This document shows, one piece after another, positions 61,900 to 64,000 of a stretch of 64,000 bases of DNA. The stretch lies in the NCBI RefSeq assembly GCF_934229725.1, contig NZ_CAKQDX010000010.1; one strand, written 5' to 3'. The notes beneath the pieces were generated by a model, which worked only from the letters and a program-made list of their open reading frames with translations, did no database searches and was not told where the DNA came from. This DNA is from an uncultured Streptococcus sp. GTDB lineage: Bacteria > Bacillota > Bacilli > Lactobacillales > Streptococcaceae. The first letter of the stretch is position 1. Every line of letters begins with the position of its first letter. Position numbers and translations under genes: made by a program.

Positions 61900-62820
61900 T
61901 TACTTATCACCAAGTGCAGTCACGTAGTTGTAGGCTTCGATACCAGCTGTGGCACCATCACCTACGGCTGTTGTGATTTGGCGAAGGTCTTTCTGACGGA
62001 CATCCCCAATGGCAAAGATACCAGGAATACTTGTCGCCATCTTATCATCTGTAATGACCCAACCAGCTTGGTCAGTGATATCGAGATCTGTCAAGTAATC
62101 TGAAACAGGATCAAGACCCACATAAACGAAGACACCGCCGAATTCGTGGTTAGTCACTTCACCCGTTTTGACATTCTTGATATCAACACTGCGAACCTTG
62201 ATGTCATCGCCCTTGATTTCTTCAACGACGGAATCCCAGATAAACTTGACCTTCTCATTGGCGAAGGCACGGTCTTGAAGGACCTTTTGGGCACGCAACT
62301 CATCACGACGGTGAACAATGGTCACGCTATTAGCAAAGCGTGTCAAATAAATCCCTTCTTCAACAGCAGAGTCCCCACCACCAACGACCAGGAGGTCCTG
62401 ATTACGGAAGAAAGCCCCATCACATACCGCACAGTAAGAAACACCACGACTGTTGTACTCTTCTTCACCAGCAACACCGATGTGGCGATGTTTGGCCCCC
62501 GTCGCAATAATAACTGTCTTGGTTTGGTACTCCTCGTCACCAGTTTTGACAACTTTATAGTCACCCTTGTCTTCGATACCAGACACAATACCGTAAAGAT
62601 TTTCAACGCCCAATTTTTCCAAAGGTTCGAACATCTTCATAGACAATTCTGGACCAGAGATATTTTCAAAGCCAGGGTAATTTTCAATCTCAGACGTGTT
62701 ATTCATCTGTCCGCCAGGAGCACCTTGCTCCAAAGTTGCCACTTTAAGGTTGGCACGGGCTGCATATAGCGCTGCTGTCATCCCCGCAGGACCAGCTCCA
62801 ATAATAATCGTATCGTACAT
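61900..62820 (-). CDS. trxB: Thioredoxin-disulfide reductase
   Basis: MYDTIIIGAGPAGMTAALYAARA, redox-active CAVCDG, second Rossmann motif VVGGGDSAVEEG. 306 aa. Confidence 0.95.
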   Translation of the reverse strand: MYDTIIIGAGPAGMTAALYAARANLKVATLEQGAPGGQMNNTSEIENYPGFENISGPELSMKMFEPLEKLGVENLYGIVSGIEDKGDYKVVKTGDEEYQTKTVIIATGAKHRHIGVAGEEEYNSRGVSYCAVCDGAFFRNQDLLVVGGGDSAVEEGIYLTRFANSVTIVHRRDELRAQKVLQDRAFANEKVKFIWDSVVEEIKGDDIKVRSVDIKNVKTGEVTNHEFGGVFVYVGLDPVSDYLTDLDITDQAGWVITDDKMATSIPGIFAIGDVRQKDLRQITTAVGDGATAGIEAYNYVTALGDK

Positions 62821-62885
62821 GAGTCACTCCTTTTACGCATTTCTTGTAGAGATATCTTACACCTAATAGGCCATCAAAGCTAGTA

Positions 62886-63110
62886 TTATGCATTCAGCAC
62901 GATGAGGATCGCCATAAAGGCAAAAGCTAAGACAGGAATCGAAACCATCGACATCATAATAGCATCATAGAGGGCACCTTGACGCTCCTTAACCGTCTTG
63001 TCAGCACGACGTAGGGCACGCCAGCCAAGCCAAAAGGCACCAATCACCAAGCACATAAAGAAAGCAATCACAAGGCCCAAAAGGTAAAATTTAAAAATAT
63101 TTAATAACAT
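62886..63110 (-). CDS. Small two-TM membrane protein (DUF4059-like), hypothetical
   Basis: 74 aa. Two hydrophobic helices separated by a basic loop (RALRRADKTVKERQ). Confidence 0.5.
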   Translation of the reverse strand: MLLNIFKFYLLGLVIAFFMCLVIGAFWLGWRALRRADKTVKERQGALYDAIMMSMVSIPVLAFAFMAILIVLNA

Positions 63111-63324
63111 AAATCATCCTAAAGTGAGAAATAGAAAAGGCTGAGACAACATTCTCCAACCTCTGAATCCGACTAGTAATAACTGCAGAAGGCAGTATCT
63201 GACTGGACTTTCGGGGCATCTACAAACATTCCAAAAGCTCCTAATCATCCTTACAGGATCCGACCTCGGACTAAAAATGGAGTCCTGTCGCATCGCCTTT
63301 TTCTATTGTAACAAAAATCCCATC

Positions 63325-64000
63325 TTAAAGATATTGTTTTGAATAAGAAGCGAAAAATTCTTTCGTTCTTTCTTCTTTTGGATGGTTGAAAAGTTCTTCA
63401 GGTGTTCCTTGTTCAAGGATATGCCCTTTTTCAAGGAAGAGCACCTTGTCAGCCACTTGATAAACAAAGTTCATGTCGTGACTAACCAAAATCATGGTCT
63501 GACCTGACTTAGCCGCATCAGCGATTGATTTTTCAACCTCACCAACCAACTCAGGGTCAAGGGCAGATGTTGGTTCGTCAAGCAAGAGCACATCAGGCTT
63601 CATGGCAAGGGCACGGGCCAAAGCCACACGTTGCTTTTGCCCACCTGACAAGTGACGTGGGTAGTGATTTTCACGATTAGACAGCCCAACCTTAGCTAGC
63701 TCTTCCTTGGCAATCTTAGTCGCTTCTTCGTCAGAAAGTTTCTTAACAATCTTAAGCCCTTCCTTAACATTATCCAAGGCCGTGCGACGCTCAAAAAGGT
63801 TAAACTGTTGGAATACCATGGCCAACTTACGACGAAGGGTAAGGATTTGTTCTTTGGTAATTGTTTCAAAATCCACCTTAAAATCATCAATGGTAATGGT
63901 ACCAGAATCAGGCTGTTCCAAATAGTTTAAGCTACGAAGGATGGTTGACTTCCCTGCACCAGAGGCACCGACAAGCGCTACCACTTCACCTTTTTCAATA
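63325..64000 (-). CDS. Amino-acid ABC transporter ATP-binding protein (GlnQ/PEB1C-like); N-terminus beyond the window end
   Basis: Walker A region ...[21 protein letters not shown], signature LSGGQKQRVALARAL, Walker B LLLDEPTSALD, C-terminal ...LFNHPKEERTKEFF. The frame is open to position 64000. Confidence 0.9.
   Translation of the reverse strand, partial: IEKGEVVALVGASGAGKSTILRSLNYLEQPDSGTITIDDFKVDFETITKEQILTLRRKLAMVFQQFNLFERRTALDNVKEGLKIVKKLSDEEATKIAKEELAKVGLSNRENHYPRHLSGGQKQRVALARALAMKPDVLLLDEPTSALDPELVGEVEKSIADAAKSGQTMILVSHDMNFVYQVADKVLFLEKGHILEQGTPEELFNHPKEERTKEFFASYSKQYL

Noticed and set aside
62146-62769. 207-aa plus-strand ORF
   Set aside because: It is antisense to trxB, which has unambiguous motifs.

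Overview
This window reads as a low-GC Gram-positive chromosome segment, most consistent with the Streptococcus salivarius/thermophilus/vestibularis group, and is mostly conserved housekeeping genes. A single promoter region (22100-22460) holds four CtsR-type heptad boxes upstream of a ClpL chaperone gene, with two more ~200 bp upstream and just downstream. A GtfA/GtfB-like glycosyltransferase pair sits with no secA2/secY2 nearby.

Core genes recognised, left to right:
- ybaB, ilvD, tRNA-Ser, trmB, a CcrZ-like kinase, ecsAB, hit and clpL.
- the yqeG-yqeH-yhbY-nadD-yqeK-rsfS-yqeM-tmcAL ribosome-biogenesis/NAD operon, then gatCAB.
- bglA, pncA, codY, an AlaA-like aminotransferase, uspA, pflA, and ytqA-mnmM.
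- sepM-coaD-rsmD, trxB, and a glnQ-like ABC ATPase that runs off the window end.

Accessory and unusual content:
- 1-1480: an XRE/ImmA mobile-element remnant.
- 3837-7195: a MacB/FtsX-type ABC exporter convergent with a membrane-anchored MerR regulator that carries a zinc ribbon.
- 17700-19600: a strongly AT-rich island encoding a 41-aa hydrophobic peptide plus three small membrane-anchored proteins. Its promoter contains a (TA)8 tract that spans the spacer and supplies the first four bases of the -10.
- 21957-22540: six CtsR-type boxes in repeated promoter modules upstream of clpL, with a 19-aa ORF behind a strong Shine-Dalgarno site.
- 22599-23111: a yefM-yoeB toxin-antitoxin pair flanked by a duplicated terminator-like sequence of about 27 bp.
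- 25092-25684: a repeat-rich, hairpin-rich insert of about 590 bp inside the normally tight rsfS-yqeM junction.
- 28166-28590: an ORF-poor 425-bp gap at the position where aroD sits in the B. subtilis yqe operon.
- 31861-33144: an AT-rich 427-aa polytopic membrane protein appended to gatCAB.
- 36603-41490: a GtfA/GtfB-like glycosyltransferase pair with GT2 and GT8 partners, away from any secA2/Y2 genes.
- 53427-55583: an LPXTG surface protein with about 12 tandem 36-bp repeats. Its promoter reads TTGACT-T6G10-TATAAT, which makes it a strong candidate for homopolymer phase variation.

I consider the two repeat-controlled promoters (G10 and (TA)8) and the AT-rich four-gene membrane/peptide operon the most interesting unexplained content.
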